Positions 36,066-50,357 are shown, numbered from the stretch's first letter. The stretch: DNA of 64,000 nt from Octopus sinensis (GCF_006345805.1 NC_042998.1:25544001-25608000), one strand, 5' to 3'. The notes: a model not told the origin generated them from the sequence alone. A program made the numbers and translations.

Positions 36066-37205
36066 TGTTTAACGTCCGCTTTCCATGCTAGCATGGGCTG
36101 GACGGTTTGACTGAAGACTGATGAGCCAGATGGTTGCACCAGGCTCAATCTGACCTGGCAAAGTTTCTACAGCTGGATGCCCTTCCTAACACCAACTACT
36201 CTGAGAGTATAGTAGGTGCTTTATACGTGGCGGCGAACTGGCAGAAACACGCTGGGTGAAATGCTAAGCGGTATTTCATCTGCTGCTATGTTCTGAGTTC
36301 AAATTCCGCCGAGGTCGACTTTGCCTTTCATCCTTTCGGGGTCGATTAAATAAGTACCAGTTATGCACTGGGGTCGATGTAATCGACTTAATCCGTTTGT
36401 CCCCTCTATGTGTAGCCCCTTGTGGGCAGTAAGAAAGAGGTGCTTTATACGTGCCACCAGCACGAGGGCCAGTCAGGCACTTTAGGCAATGATCACGCTC
36501 AGAAGGTGTTTTTTATGTGCTACCTGCACGGGAGCCAGTCCGGCAGCACTGGCAACAATCACGCTCAAAAGTTGTTTTTCATGTGCCAGTAAGGCGATGC
36601 TGGCAATGATCACACTCGAATGGTGCCTTTCATGTGTCACTGGCACTGGAGCCAATCTATGGCCCTGGCAACAATCATGCTCAGATGTGCTTTCAATGTT
36701 CCACTGGCACGAGTGCCAATCAGGCGGTACTATCATCAGGCGGTACTATCATCATTTAAGGCGGCGAGCTAGCAGAATCGTTAGCACGTCGGGCGAAATG
36801 CTTAGCGGTATTTCGTCTGCCGTTACGTTGTGAGTTCAAATTCCGCCGAGGTCGACTTTGCCTTTCATCCTTTCGGGGTCGATAAATTAAGTACCAGTTA
36901 AGCACTGGGGTCGATATAATCGACTTAATACCTATGTCTGTCCATGTTTGTCCTCTCTGTGTTCGGCCCCTTGTGGGTAATAAAGAAATAGGTACTATCA
37001 TCAGCCACATCAGCGATTTTGATTTGTTTTCACTTGCCTCACAAAGTTTATTGTCCAATGAATGAGGGGTACTCATAAGTGGGCTGGTTGCACCCATATT
37101 CAGATGTGCTTTTAACATTCAACTGGCATAAGTGCTAATCAGGCAGTACTGTTATTGGCCACATCAGCAATTTTGATTTTGGTTTTACTTGCCACAATTG
37201 GTCTT
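36030..37205 (-). mobile_element. Very long SINE-C (many subrepeats) with two SINE-B insertions
   Basis: SINE-B 36230-36437 (16-bp TSD AGGTGCTTTATACGTG) and 36755-36990 (13-bp TSD GGTACTATCATCA). Confidence 0.8.
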
Positions 37206-37234
37206 AGATAATGTCAGATATCAGGATGACTCAA

Positions 37235-38075
37235 CAAATGAAAAGGCATGCTGTAACCGTTACCTTAAAAAGCACAAAATAATGATACAGCGATAGATTG
37301 CTTCCTGAAAGTGGCCCAATCCTTTGTTGTCGAAGTTTGAAAGGAGCAGGAAGCTGTTGAAAGGGATCCAACATCAGCAGCAGCCATTCAAGAATTTGGA
37401 CCTGGAGATCTCCATTTCCAACGACTTCGAGGGCCACCTCCCAGTGGTGTCGGGCGTCAACAAAGAGCCCTTGACTACAAGACGACCAAAGTTTTTTTTT
37501 CCAAGGTCTGGTGTCTCCCGCCCTTTGAAAGGAGCAGGAAGCTGTTGAAAGGGATCCAACATCAGCAGCAGCCATTCAAGAATTTGGACCTGGAGATCTC
37601 CATTTCCAACGACTTCGAGGGCCACCTCCCAGTGGTGTCAGGCGTCAACAAAGAGCCCTTGACTACAAGACGACCAAAGTTTTTTTTTCCAAGGTCTGGT
37701 GTCTCCCGCCCCTAAGCCCTAGACCACCACCTAATCACCCTTACCTGTTTTGTTGCCTAACAACAACAATATCAGCAGCAAAATGTGAAATAAATGCATA
37801 GGGTCCTAGTACCATCAGAACACATAACTTTGAACAAAAAGTCCAAATAATTGATAAAAACAGCAGAAAATCAATCCGAACCATTGCAAAAAGGACCTCA
37901 AAGTTTCAGAAATCACCATCTCAGGAATTTTATGCAAAGGCATCCAGAACAGGTCATATGTGATGTTGAGGGGTCAGTTTATGCAAGGCGTGGCAAGAAA
38001 GAATCATTCAATCTGTACAAAGTGCTTACTGATCATGTTAAAACACCAAGAGATTGGAATTCGTTGGATGAAAAA
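37235..38075 (+). pseudogene. Decayed Tc1/mariner (maT/DD37D-like) transposase N-terminal region
   Basis: Frameshifted MKRHAVTVTLK..FLKVAQSFV, KSIRTIAK.DLKVSE.TI...SYVMLRGQFM, ..LDEKK (FSDEKNF-like). Confidence 0.55.
37336..37711. repeat. 188-bp tandem duplication
   Basis: TTTGAAAGGAGCAGG at 37336 and 37524; near-identical units. Confidence 0.92.
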
Positions 38076-39414
38076 AAAATTGTATAATTAATGTATACTG
38101 CTGATGTTTACTAACTGAAATCTCATGTTATTATTCATGCTAAAAGATTTTAATTGAGATTATAATTTAAATATAAACAGTTTAACATATGGGCAGTCAC
38201 AGGGAATTGGTATTAAAGGATTTGAAATTTCCATAACATTCTTTTAATAAGAATCACATGTTACAAGACAAAAAACCAAAGATATGTGTTTCTCTAACAG
38301 ATACTTGATGCAATGGTTTGAAATATGGAAGTTTAATTCAGAAAAATGCTAGTCTAGCCTTCATGAAAAATAGAAAAGAGTCATTATTATGAGCAGAATC
38401 TAGTTGAAAGGAATGGCAACAAATAAAACCAACATACTTTCAACTCAGAACGAACACCTAAAATAATGTCAGTTCTCAAAGACAAACAATCAATCGAAGC
38501 AAATAATCTATGCTTTATACAAGTGAACACAGTCAGCTTTGGAAATACATTTATTCAGATAAAACAATTCGTTAAAACAAATAATATACGTGTTGCTATC
38601 TTGTAAGAAAAAAAATTTCAGAAATCCTTGCATAAATTACCTCATATCTCGAGTTTCAATCCTCTGTGAGAATGAGAGAGAAAGTAAGAGAGAGAGAGTA
38701 AAGTGTGTATTTGTGTGTAAAAGAGACAGTGAAAGAAACAGACTGAGAGAGTGAGAGACAGAGAAGAAAAGTAAAGTGTGGTGATAGCTGAGTAACATAC
38801 ACAATGAATTGCATATGGCATGTAATATATAACTTGATGTATTACATTAGCACATAACAATGTGATCGAAATGAATCAGTCAATATGTATTTATCTCACG
38901 CAAGTGAAATAAATAGAGTCAATTGCTTGGTCTACCAAAATCAAATACATCTTTTGTGAGTCACTGATTCAAGAGTTGAGTTTGCTTTGAAGTTAAAAGG
39001 AAAGAATCAAATGATAAGAAATGTTGGTCTTCTGTTAACTGTGATGAAGGATGTGCGATATATCCCATTAATTATAGGATTTATGTGACATTGTTCCATC
39101 ATTATGCCTTTCAAAGGCTAATGATACCAGGGTGGCGGGGTTCGCTTCTTCTCACAGAAATTCTGACTACTGTAATTGTTGTGGCATACACATCGCCCTT
39201 AAAGAGCAAGTAGCACTAAGAAAGATTCCTTTAGAATTTTCAGCTGTAGTATCTTTGCTTGAAGAAACATCAGAGACACCAGTTCTAGGATCAGTCAATT
39301 AAATAGTCCCCAGTATCTGACTGGTACTTAATATTATCAACCCATAAACGGTGAAATGCAGGGCTAACTCCAGGCCTATCTGAACTCAGACCCTAAGGGG
39401 CTACAGTTGAATAC

Positions 39415-39563
39415 TTATTTCTTTACTACCTACAAGGGGCTAAACACAGAGAGGACAAACAAGGACAGACAAACGGATTAAGCCGATTACATCGACCCCA
39501 GTGCGTAACTGGTACTTGTTTATCGACCCTGAAAGGATGAAAGGCAAAGTCGACCTCAGCAGA
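39415..39563 (-). mobile_element. SINE-B 3' part
   Basis: Family tail and core. Confidence 0.75.
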
Positions 39564-39594
39564 AGGCCAACACTAATCCACTCCACCTCATCCT

Positions 39595-39775
39595 CTTCAT
39601 CATCATCATCATCATCGTTTAACGTCCACTTTCCATGCTAGCATGGGTTGGACGATTTGACTGAGGTCTTGCGAACCAGATGGCTGCACCAGACTCCAAT
39701 CTGATCAGGCAGAGTTTCTACAGCTTGATGCCCTTCCTAACGCCAACCACTCCAAGAGTGTAGTGGGTGCTTTTA
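39595..39775 (-). mobile_element. SINE-C 3' part
   Basis: (CAT)n-CGTTTAACGTCC. Confidence 0.75.
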
Positions 39776-39802
39776 CTACAAAAATGAAATTATTTAAAAG
39801 CA

Positions 39803-39962
39803 GGTGCGAGCATGGCTGTGTGGTAAGAAGTTTGCTTCCCAACCACATGGTTCTGGGTTCAGTCCCATTGCATGGAACCTTGGGCAAGTGTCTTCTACTA
39901 TAGCCTCAGGTTCAACAAAGCCTTGTGAGTGGATTTGGTAGATAAAAACTGAAAGAAGCCAG

Positions 39963-39998
<36 letters not shown>

Positions 39999-40236
39999 AT
40001 GTGTGCGTGTGTGTGTGCGTTTGTGTGTGTGTGTTTTTGTGTCTGTTTGTTCTAATCACAACTTGACATCTGGTGTTGGTGTGTTTATGTCCCCGTAACA
40101 TAGCAGTTCACCAAAAGAGACCAACAGCATAAGTACCAGGCTTTAAAGAAATCAGTACCTCGGTTGATTCCTTTGACTAAAATTCTTTAAAATGATGCTC
40201 CAGTATGGCCGCAATCTAATGACTGCAACAAATTAA
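39803..40236 (+). mobile_element. SINE-A with (GT)n internal tract
   Basis: Family head and degenerate tail. Confidence 0.75.
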
Positions 40237-41203
40237 GAACAAATAATAAACAAATGAACCAAAAAGTGAGCCTCTAGATGGTCAGTTGACCTGTTAGAAA
40301 TAGCAGCCAAATCTTTATGAGTCACACTCTACCACCTTATAAAGGATAGGAGACAATAGACAAAGTCATCCTAGCCATAAAATGGGAGTCAGAGATGATT
40401 CATGCATCTGTGTGATCAATAAGATGAACAACAAACAGATGATTAGAAATTTAGATTCTGCTACAGAATCTGATCCCATGCTATGATCAAAGCTTGCCAT
40501 GGTGTCGAAGGCAGAGTAGCATACACAAAGTCTGTTCTGTGTGTTCTAAGTGTTATGATTTGGGGAGGTTCGTTTTACCAATAAAATATAAACATATGCA
40601 GTAGTCTTGGTCTACTTTCGTTTTATTAACTAATTAACATGCAGCTGCATCACATATTGCACTCAAGCATCATACAATTTGCCTTTCTCTTTGAGAGGGG
40701 AAAACCTTTGTTGCCAGAGCAAGGCAGGATTTGAGCCTCGATCACAAAGAACCAGAACACACTAACACACAATGCTTTCTCTGTCTTTGCCTACTTGGCT
40801 GGTAGACTTTCTCTATATCACCCTTTAACACTACCACCACCACCACCACCACCACCAACTGTTTGGGTCCCTTTAAGTGGAGAAGTTCATTTTCTTTCAG
40901 GGAACATCAGACAAGGTCTCTACTTTGTAGACATTTTCCTTCTATCAGATTTAGAGGCACTGAAAAGGGCCATGGGTACTGCTCTTTCTTTTAAAATAAA
41001 CTTTTTAAAAAGTAGCATTTGCAGATTCAAATAATTACAAAATGATGTTGCTCTACGTTTAATTGGTTGCCTCCATGTCTTATGTCAGGTCAAGCTGAAC
41101 TAACAACAGTTGTTATTTATCTACATTTCCTACAACTGCTATATCAGCACTTTGTCCTACATTTCCGATATAAAATCCATTTTCATTAAAATAATCACAA
41201 TAT

Positions 41204-41437
<234 letters not shown>

Positions 41438-44067
41438 TTTATTTAAAGCAGCAGAAAATTCAACAAAACCTGTTACTCTGTGTTTCCTGTTGGCATTCAT
41501 TGGACAGTTTTTGCTAGAATTTTCTGCTGCTTTAAATAAAGCATATTACTCTACCACTGGTATTTGAGTACTCTTTTTTCCACCTTGTTTCACATTTATG
41601 TGTTTACTCCAGTATATATATATATAGACAGGTTAGGTGTAAACTACATCTGGTTCCATGTTATCTAGTACAACCCACTCTCATTTACTTAGCAACTTTA
41701 GATCAGCTCTGATCAAGCAGTCTTAGGATCCAGGCAATTATTAACTAAGGAGAGTATCTAGGCACCAAAAGTAAAAAATAAAAATTCAAACTAAAACCTT
41801 TCCTTGGGCAGGAAAGCTTGCCGCAGAGACAAGAAAGAGCAGCAATAATGGTAGGAGATATGTGGCACCAGGATATTCTTCCTTTTAAAACATGCATTAC
41901 TGTGCATCTACAGTCTTCTTTAGGTAATAGATTTTTGAATGAATATGTAATGTAAAAAGCCATTATATTTATTTATATGACTTATTTGTTTAATTGGGGT
42001 ATTGGGGTTTATTTTTAAAAACCTTAACCCCTTTTTCTCAGCCATCATTTTCAACGTATTCAAATATTATGCAAGAAGTGCAGTAGCATATTTGGTTTAT
42101 CTTTATTAATTTTGTTTACATCTTTATCAGCCATATTTTTTCCCTTCTAACATCAATTTCCCTGCAATTTATTGCGATCAAATTTTTGTTGTTAAATCTA
42201 TTTCCTTTCTATTGGCTCAATGTTAACATTTCAATAATCTCTTTGAATGCTTATTACTTCTATTATTTTCTTCTAAGAAAAAAGAAGACTGTCTTTTCTG
42301 CTGAAGTTATCAGCTCTCTTTCTCTCTATATTCACTTTCCATACAATTTAATCTCACAATAAACTTTGCTTCTAGAATCTATTCTGACATTAGATTCTTT
42401 TTCTTCACAATTATTTTACATTTTATTCTCAAATAAGAACAAAGCAAAAATATCCATCAGTTTTATGAAAGGTGTTAATGTTAATTTTAACAGTATGCGG
42501 TACAAAAGAAAAAACTTCATCAAATAAGTATGACATTTCTTTTATTGCATTTTGTTTTCTCATTGCATACTACAAAGGGTATTATTATCAATGACAGGAA
42601 TTTAAAGAAAAGGATTTTGTGTATATAGTTTCATTGTTCAGCGGGTTCTTGTATATTAACATTATGTACAATAGAGTTTATACAACTAAAACCAAGCTTC
42701 CTTTGTAAGAGTAAATATGACTTATTGTTCAACAAATCTAGTGAGATTATGTGTGATCCATATCTCTTATTTCTATGGATTTCTGACAATCATCTAAGAT
42801 AACTGCCAGCTCTCTGAATGTTAAATCAAGGGGGAGTATAGCTCTTTTTTTTTCTGTTTTTTTTTTTGCACAAAATATGCTTCAATGAATTAGGAAACTA
42901 CTAAAATCTTTACGATCTGTCTACATGTAAGTGAAACAAATCAATGAAATGGAATATAACACTATTATTATGCTCACATTCCCCTGTGATATTCAATAAA
43001 CATCAACCATCCAAATGAATTTAGACAGTATTCCTCCTGCATTATTTTGATTATTTCTTTAAATTCCTATCGAATATCACATTGGCTCCTTTAGGAAAAG
43101 GAATCTAAATGAAATATTAGTTACTTGTAAATAAATGTTGTTAATACAGATCTCTTGCATATGACACACAGCCAAATATTTGCAAGGAATTAGAGGTGGG
43201 TCGAAATAAAGTTAGAGAGAAGAAAAAAAAGTTGCAGTTCGTTTAAATACCATAAATAATAGAGTAATTAAACAAATGATACTTTAGAGTCGCTTATCAA
43301 CAGACAATACATGACTTGTGTGCAATGACAGTTTTTTTAATTGCATTACAAGTCTGTAAGAAAAACTTGGCTTTATTCAATATCTTAGAATAATTCTTTC
43401 TAGTTTTGTCACAAGATCAGAAATTTTGATGGGATGGAAGCAAGTCAATTACATCGACTCCAGTACTTTACTGGGAATTTAATTTATCGACTCCAAAAGA
43501 ATGAAAGGCAGAGTTCACCTTGGCAGAATTTGAACTCAGAAAGTAAAGAGCCACAAATATTTTGTCCAATGTAGTAATGATTCTTCTAGCTCGTTACCTC
43601 AATCTTAAAATAATGATTGAGTGATAGAAAAACAGACAGATAGGTAAGTGAGTGAGTCTACAGATATATCAACAGATATGAAAATAGAGAGAAATATTTA
43701 TAGATGTACATGTAGATATGTAGCTGAACTGAAATGAAATGAAAAGGAAGGAAAATAACTCAATGAGTAAATAACTTAGACTGGGCCTTGGTAGTGGTTG
43801 GACAGCATAAAGTGTGTAGTTCATATATATATATATATAAAGAGAGAGAGAGAGAGATGCATGAATGCTTTATCATTTTGATTCATCTTTTATTTCCTTA
43901 ATGAACATCAGCTTCTTAATGCCTTCCAATTTCACATTATCAATAATCCTTTCTACAATTGTGGAGGAGGGGGATTACCAATTACATTGATCCCCATTAC
44001 TCAACAGGTGCTTATTTTATTGACCCTAAATGGAAGAAAGAAAAAGTTGACCTCAGTGGTATTTTAA

Positions 44068-44289
44068 CCCTTTTGTTACCATATTTCTGTTGAGATGCTC
44101 TGTGTTTCTTTCAATTAATTTTAGATATAACAAAGAATTTAGTAAAATAACTTGGTTATCATTCAGCTAGTGTTAGGAACATAAATTGTGGCTAAGGTTT
44201 GGTGGAAGATTTTTATTCAGAACTTATGAAAACAAGACATTTGTACTAAAGAGCCAGAGCTGGTTTCAGCTGGGTTGGTATCAAAAGGG
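44068..44289. mobile_element. piggyBac-type MITE (222 bp) inside a SINE-B2
   Basis: TTAA at 44064-44067 and 44290-44293; TIRs CCCTTTTGTTACCA / TGGTATCAAAAGGG (13/14). Confidence 0.85.
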
Positions 44290-44894
44290 TTAACTCAGAA
44301 CCCAAAGATAGATGGAAAACCACTAAGCATTTTGTCTGGAGGGCTATTGATTCTGCCCACTCACTACAATTGGTTCATCATCAATAATGGTTTAAAACTT
44401 TTAGCACCAGTCCAGCAATTTCAAGGCAGGGGATAAGTTAATTCCATTGAACCCCATACTAACTGATAATTATTTTATTAACCACAAATGATGAAAAGTA
44501 AAGTCAATCGTGACAGTATTTTAACTGAGAACCTAAAAATGGCTGAAATGCCAGGAAGCTTTTTGCCCAGTGCACTAATGATTCTACCAGCTAACTGGTT
44601 TTTGCTGATCATTAGTAATATCTATGATGATATCACTGAATTTTGTTTTTTAAAAAATGAAGCAGAATCGAAGTGACATAAAGCAACTTCACTTGGATAC
44701 ATGTAAAGGTATTGGTTTGATTTCTCAGCAACACTAATAGAAAACGGAGATATTTTCTAAATCATATCTGTAGGAGGTATCCTGTACATAGCATTACCAA
44801 ATGTTTTCTATGTACAGAATTCATGTATTGATGTTACAGGGATGCTCTGCTATCCAATATTCAAATCCTTTTTTTTTAAATAAATTTTTAAATT

Positions 44895-45088
44895 ATATTT
44901 CGTTTTTGGATTTGGTTAGCAAGATACTTTATATGAGTTCGTGTGTCAAGAGTCAAAACTATTGAAAGGGTTGCAAGAAGCAACAAAAATTTTAGGAAAA
45001 TAAAAATAAGAAAAAAGTGGAAATTTTACAGGTGAGTGTGTTACATTATAAGGCACAAAAAGAAAATGACTCCCCAGACACAACAGCT
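44895..45088. repeat. Family G copy with internal inversion
   Basis: Forward 5' part joined to reverse-oriented remainder. Confidence 0.7.
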
Positions 45089-45727
45089 TAAAATTATATT
45101 TGTACTACTTATATTTTTGCTGTGATATCATTAGTGCTGAAGTGATTGTTAAACTACAAGCTCTCATACAGTGACACATATTTTATATAACTCACACACA
45201 TTGTGTCAGGAATTGAACTGGGTGCATTGAGTTCGGATAAAGAATTGACTGAGTAATAACTTCTAGGTTTGGATGAATCATTGCTAGACAATTCTCATCA
45301 GCCAATGAAAGTCCTCTGCAATTTGTCATCACAAATCAAAAATGTATGTATGCTGCCACCTGCCATGTAATTCAAGAAATCCTAACTTCCTTCTTTGTAA
45401 TTCTAGGAAAATCTACATTATCATGTCATGTCATATTCTTTTGGTGCCAAATCTAAAATGTTATAAAAACTTGCTTGTTTGGCAATAGACACAAGAGATT
45501 TAATGAGCTGCAACAAAAATGTTTGACCTTTAAATCCAATTCTTGCCTTTCACCACGGGACACCTACTGGAACCACTAAGTAATAACATTTCAAAGTGAA
45601 CATAACTCTTGCTTTCCAACAATTATCAAGGACTGCCTTAACTAACCATCATCTGTAAATAATCCCCCTCTTGACTTTACAATACGTATACATTATATTT
45701 CTATGTTACAATATATCTTTACTGCTA

Positions 45728-46345
45728 TGAGGGTGAGCTGGCAGAAACGTTAGCATGCTGGGTGAAATGCTTAGTGGTATTTTGTCTGCCGTTACGTTCT
45801 GAGTTCAAATTCTGCCAAGGTTGACTTTGCCTTTCATCCTTTCGGGGTCGATTAAATAAGTACCAGTTATGCACTGGGTCGATATAATCGACTTAATCCG
45901 TTTGTCTGTCCTTGTTTGTCCTCTCTGTGTTTAGCCCCTTGTGGGTAGTAAAGAAATAGGTATTTTGCCTGCCATTACGCTCTGAGTTCAAATTCCACTG
46001 AGGTCGACTTTACCTTTCATCCTTTTGGGGGGGGGTCGATAAATTAAGTACCAGTTACGCACTGGGGTCAATGTAATCGACTTAATCCGTTTTTCTGTCC
46101 TTGTTTGTCCCCTCTATGTTTAGCCTCTTGTGGGCAATGAAGAAATAAGAAACATTAACATTCTGGGTGAAATGCTTAGTGGTATTTCATCTGTCTTTAT
46201 GTTCTGAGTTCAAATTCTGCCAAGGTTGATTTTGCCTTTCATCCTTTCCGGGTCAATAAATTACATACTAGTTGCATACTGAGGTCGATCTAATCGACTG
46301 GTCCCCTCCCAACAAATTTCAGGCCTTGTGCCTAGGGTAGAAAAG
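45728..46345 (+). mobile_element. Three head-to-tail SINE-B copies
   Basis: Three CTGAGTTCAAATTC...TTTCATCCTTT cores. Confidence 0.8.
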
Positions 46346-46514
46346 AAGATATCTTTATTTCTCTCTTCACTTCATGCTTGCTTCCTCGGTGAAGAGTTGG
46401 GTTTTCCTATTTATTTTATTTTCCACTCAAATAATGTGAATAAAAATATAAGGAATTGACCTCTTCATTTTTATCTCCAATATTTCTTTCATAATATGCT
46501 GTTTAATAATATCT

Positions 46515-46737
46515 ATTTCTTTACTACCCAGAAGGGGCTAAACACAGAGAGGACAAACAAGGACAAACGAATTAAGTCAATTATATCGACCCCAGTGCAT
46601 AACTGGTACTTAATTTATCGACCCCGAAAGGCTGAAAGGCAAAGTTGACCTCGGTGGAATTTGAACTCAGAACATAACGGCAGATGAAATACCACTACGC
46701 ATTTCGCCCGGCATGCTAACGTTTCTGCCAGCTCACC
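46515..46737 (-). mobile_element. SINE-B, full length
   Basis: Family tail, core and head. Confidence 0.8.
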
Positions 46738-47589
46738 TAGCCACACACACAGCTATTCCATCTCTTCACTATAGACCCATTCTGGTTACATTGTCTGACT
46801 CCCAACAAGTGTAATGATGGTTCCTACATTTCTCCAACATGCTCACTGTTCCCAGGCTACATTTTTACAATTCCTGGCCTGTGTGTATGTGTGTGTGTTA
46901 ATTAGCCATTACATTAAAATAATTTGATACATCATTCAAAATTCAGTGAAAAAAAAAAAAAACAGGAATTCAGTTTAATTTCTTTTTATTTTCATTTATT
47001 TCACCTTTATTCAATAACAAATTAGTTAAAAATAAATGTTCTGTATTACTGGGTATCCTATGGTTTATTGTTTGAAATAAAAATTTATTTTTCAAAATGA
47101 AAAATAAGCATTCTGATACATTTATTGGCAATCCTTCAGTATTAATAGACAACATCATTCACCCACTTTCACTTTCACATTCACATTTTCAGTGAAAATC
47201 TTTGTTTGATCTGTTTGTACGGCAATTTCCATAAAAAGTGTTTGTTTCTTTAAATTATTTTTTCATCTCACACACACAGACCTATACATACATACACCAA
47301 TATACATAAATGCATATACATGCGTATACTTACATGCATACATATACTTACGTACGCAAATATACATACATACTCACACATAGATACACGTACATACGCA
47401 GAACTTACATCAACATAAGTGATTTGTGAAAGCGTTAAAAAAAATGGTCGTGTATTTATGATTGCGTGTGTGTGAGTGCGTGTTTGCCTGATCAACTGAC
47501 TCATGGACATGAAAGACAATGGGTGTGGGTGTGTGCACATGTGGGTGCATGCGCATGTGTGGGTGCATGCATGCATCTGTGTGCATGTG

Positions 47590-48550
47590 CACGTGTTGTT
47601 TGTGTGGGTGTGAGACTCTGTGTGTGTGCGTGAGACTCTGTGTGTGTGCATGAGACTCTGTGTGTGAGACTGTGTGTGTGGTGTGTGTGTCTGTGTGGGT
47701 GTGAGACTCTGTGTGTGTGCATGAGACTCTGTGTGTGAGACTGTGTGTGTGTGGTGTGTGTCTGTGTGGGTGTGAGACTCTGTGTGTGTGCATGAGACTC
47801 TGTGTGTGAGACTGTGTGTGTGTGTGTGTGTGTGTCTGTGTGGGTGTGAGACTCTGTGTGTGTGCATGAGACTCTGTGTGTGAGACTGTGTGTGTGTGTG
47901 TGTGTGTCTGTGTGGGTGTGAGACTCTGTGTGTGTGCGTGAGACTCTGTGTGTGTGAGACTGTGTGTGTGTGTGTGTGTGACTCTGTGTGTGTGTGTGTG
48001 CGTGAGACTCTGTGTGTGTGCATGAGACTCTGTGTGTGAGACTCTGTGTGTGTGTGTGTGTGTCTGTGTGGGTGTGAGACTCTGTGTGTGTGCGTGAGAC
48101 TCTGTGTGTGTGCATGAGACTCTGTGTGTGAGACTGTGTGTGTGTGTGTGTGACTCTGTGTGTGTGTGTGTGCGTGAGACTCTGTGTGTGTGCATGAGAC
48201 TCTGTGTGTGAGACTGTGTGTGTGTGTGTGTGTGTCTGTGTGGGTGTGAGACTCTGTGTGTGTGCGTGAGACTCTGTGTGTGTGCATGAGACTCTGTGTG
48301 TGAGACTGTGTGTGTGTGTGTGTGTGACTCTGTGTGTGTGTGTGTGCGTGAGACTGTGTGTGTGCATGAGACTCTGTGTGTGAGACTGTGTGTGTGTGTG
48401 TGTGTGTCTGTGTGGGTGTGAGACTCTGTGTGTGTGCGTGAGACTCTGTGTGTGTGCATGAGACTCTGTATGTGAGACTGTGTGTGTGTGTGTGTGTGAC
48501 TCTGTGTGTGTGTGTGTGTGAGAGACTCTCTGTGTGTGTGTGACTCTGTG
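47590..48550. repeat. Compound GT-rich minisatellite with GAGACTCT-punctuated higher-order units
   Basis: Recurring block GTCTGTGTGGGTGTGAGACTCT..GCGTGAGACTCT..GCATGAGACTCT..GAGACTG(TG)n. Confidence 0.92.
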
Positions 48551-48918
48551 TTTCACTGTTCAGCTGACCCAAAAAATATTGGAGGAAATTTCTGAACAAA
48601 TAAATAAAGCAAAACAGTTTTCATTTTCACTTTCATGATACCATCACCGAAGGAATGTCTTTTTTAATAATAAATTAAAATACAAGACTTATACAGGATT
48701 CTGTTGCAGGCATTTAAATGCTGCTCACCAATACATATTAGCTCTACAAGGCATAAGGAGTTTATGAAAACTGAAGAAGAAAGCTTATTGTTTAATACTC
48801 TGGTAATGCCTGCATACACAGCACTATCAAGGTTTTCCATCTGAACTTGTGAGGCAATTCACAAAACCCATTGCTTTATTACAGCATACTACTGAATTAT
48901 GATTCAATCTCAATCGCT

Positions 48919-49345
48919 GTAGCACAAATGTCTTGTTTTCATAAGTTCTGAATTAAAATCTTCCACCAAACCTTAGTCACAATTTATGTTCCTAACACTA
49001 GCTTAATGATGATAACTAAGTTATTTTACTAAATTCTTTGTTATATTTAAAATTAACTGAATGAAAAACAGAGCATCTCAACAGAAATATGGTAACAAAA
49101 GGGTTAACAAATGATTAATTTAACCTTTTTGATACCAACCTGCCTGAAACTGGCTCTGGCTCTGTAGTACGAATGTCTTGTTTTCATAAGTTCTGAATTA
49201 AAATCTTCCACCAAACCTTAGTCACAATTTATGTTCCTAACACTAGCTTAATGATAACTAAGTTATTTTACTAAATTCTTTGTTATATTTAAAATTAATG
49301 GAAAGAAACACAGAGCATCTCAAAATAAATACAGTAACGAAAGGG
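48919..49345. mobile_element. Two adjacent piggyBac-type MITE copies (48919-49103 truncated; 49124-49345)
   Basis: Reverse-complement homology to 44068-44289; ...AAAAGGG|TTAA and TTAA|CCTTTTTGATACCA ends. Confidence 0.8.
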
Positions 49346-49362
49346 ATAATATAATATTTTTC

Positions 49363-49782
49363 TAAGGCAGCAAGCTAGCAGCATTGTTAGCACACCTGGC
49401 AAAATGCTTAGTGGTATTTTATCCATCTTTAAGTTCTGAGTTCAAATGCTGCCAAGGCAGACTTTGGCTTTCATCCTTGCATAACTGAAAAAAATAAGTA
49501 CCACTTGAATACTGGGATCGATGTAACGAACTCTAAACCCTTTCTCAAAATTGCTGACCTTGAGCCAAAATTTGAAATCAATTTGATATTTTCCTAAGGA
49601 GGCAAGCTGGCAGAATCATTAATACCTCAGGCAAAATGCTTAGCAGTCTCTTGTCCATTTTCGTGCTCTGAGTTAAAATTCCATCATGGTTGACTTTGCC
49701 TTTCATCCTGTTGGAATCAATGTATATGAGTTACTCCTGCCCCTAAAATGCTGGCCTTGTGCGAAAATTTGAAAGCAACGTA
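49363..49782 (+). mobile_element. Two tandem SINE-B2 copies
   Basis: AAAATGCTTAG...CTGAGTT.AAAT...CTTTCATCCT cores. Confidence 0.65.
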
Positions 49783-49950
49783 ATATTTTCCTGCTTAGAG
49801 TGCACATACTTTATTCTAACTTCCCTTCTACAAAAATAAAGAGTTTTGTGATAGTAATTTCTGCCCAATCTGGTTACTTTCTAGAAATTTTTTTATTTGG
49901 CAGTTTTTGTTGTCTTTTTCTTTAATTTCAGCTTTCTTTCAGTTTACATA

Positions 49951-50357
49951 GGCATAGGAGTGGCTGTGTGGTAAGTAGCTTGCTTACGAACCACATGGTT
50001 CCAGGTTCAGTCCAACTGTGTGGCACCTTGGACAAGTGTTTTCTATTATAGTCTCGGGCCAACTAAAGCCTTGTGAGTGGATTTGGTTGATGGAAACTGA
50101 AAGAAGCCTGTCGTATATATGTGTATATATATATGTATGTGTGTATATGTCTGTGTTTGTCCCCCCCATCACTTGACAACCGATGCTGGTGTTTTCACAT
50201 CCCCGTAAATTAGCGGTTCGGCAAAAGAGACCAATAGAATAAGTACTAGGCTTACAAAGAATAAGTCCTGGGGTCAATTTGCTCGATCAACTAAAGGTGG
50301 TGCTCCAGCGTGGCCATAGTCAAATGACTGAAACAAGTAAAAGAGTAAAAGAGTAAG
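49951..50357 (+). mobile_element. SINE-A, full length
   Basis: Complete family motifs. Confidence 0.85.

Noticed and set aside
36450-37205. Spaced ~60-bp repeats superficially like a CRISPR array
   Set aside because: Units are diverged SINE-C subrepeats without unique spacers, in eukaryotic DNA with no cas genes.
47268-48599. 443-aa His/Thr-rich ORF and two overlapping ORFs
   Set aside because: A CA-rich minisatellite has no stop codons in any frame; there is no domain or splice evidence.
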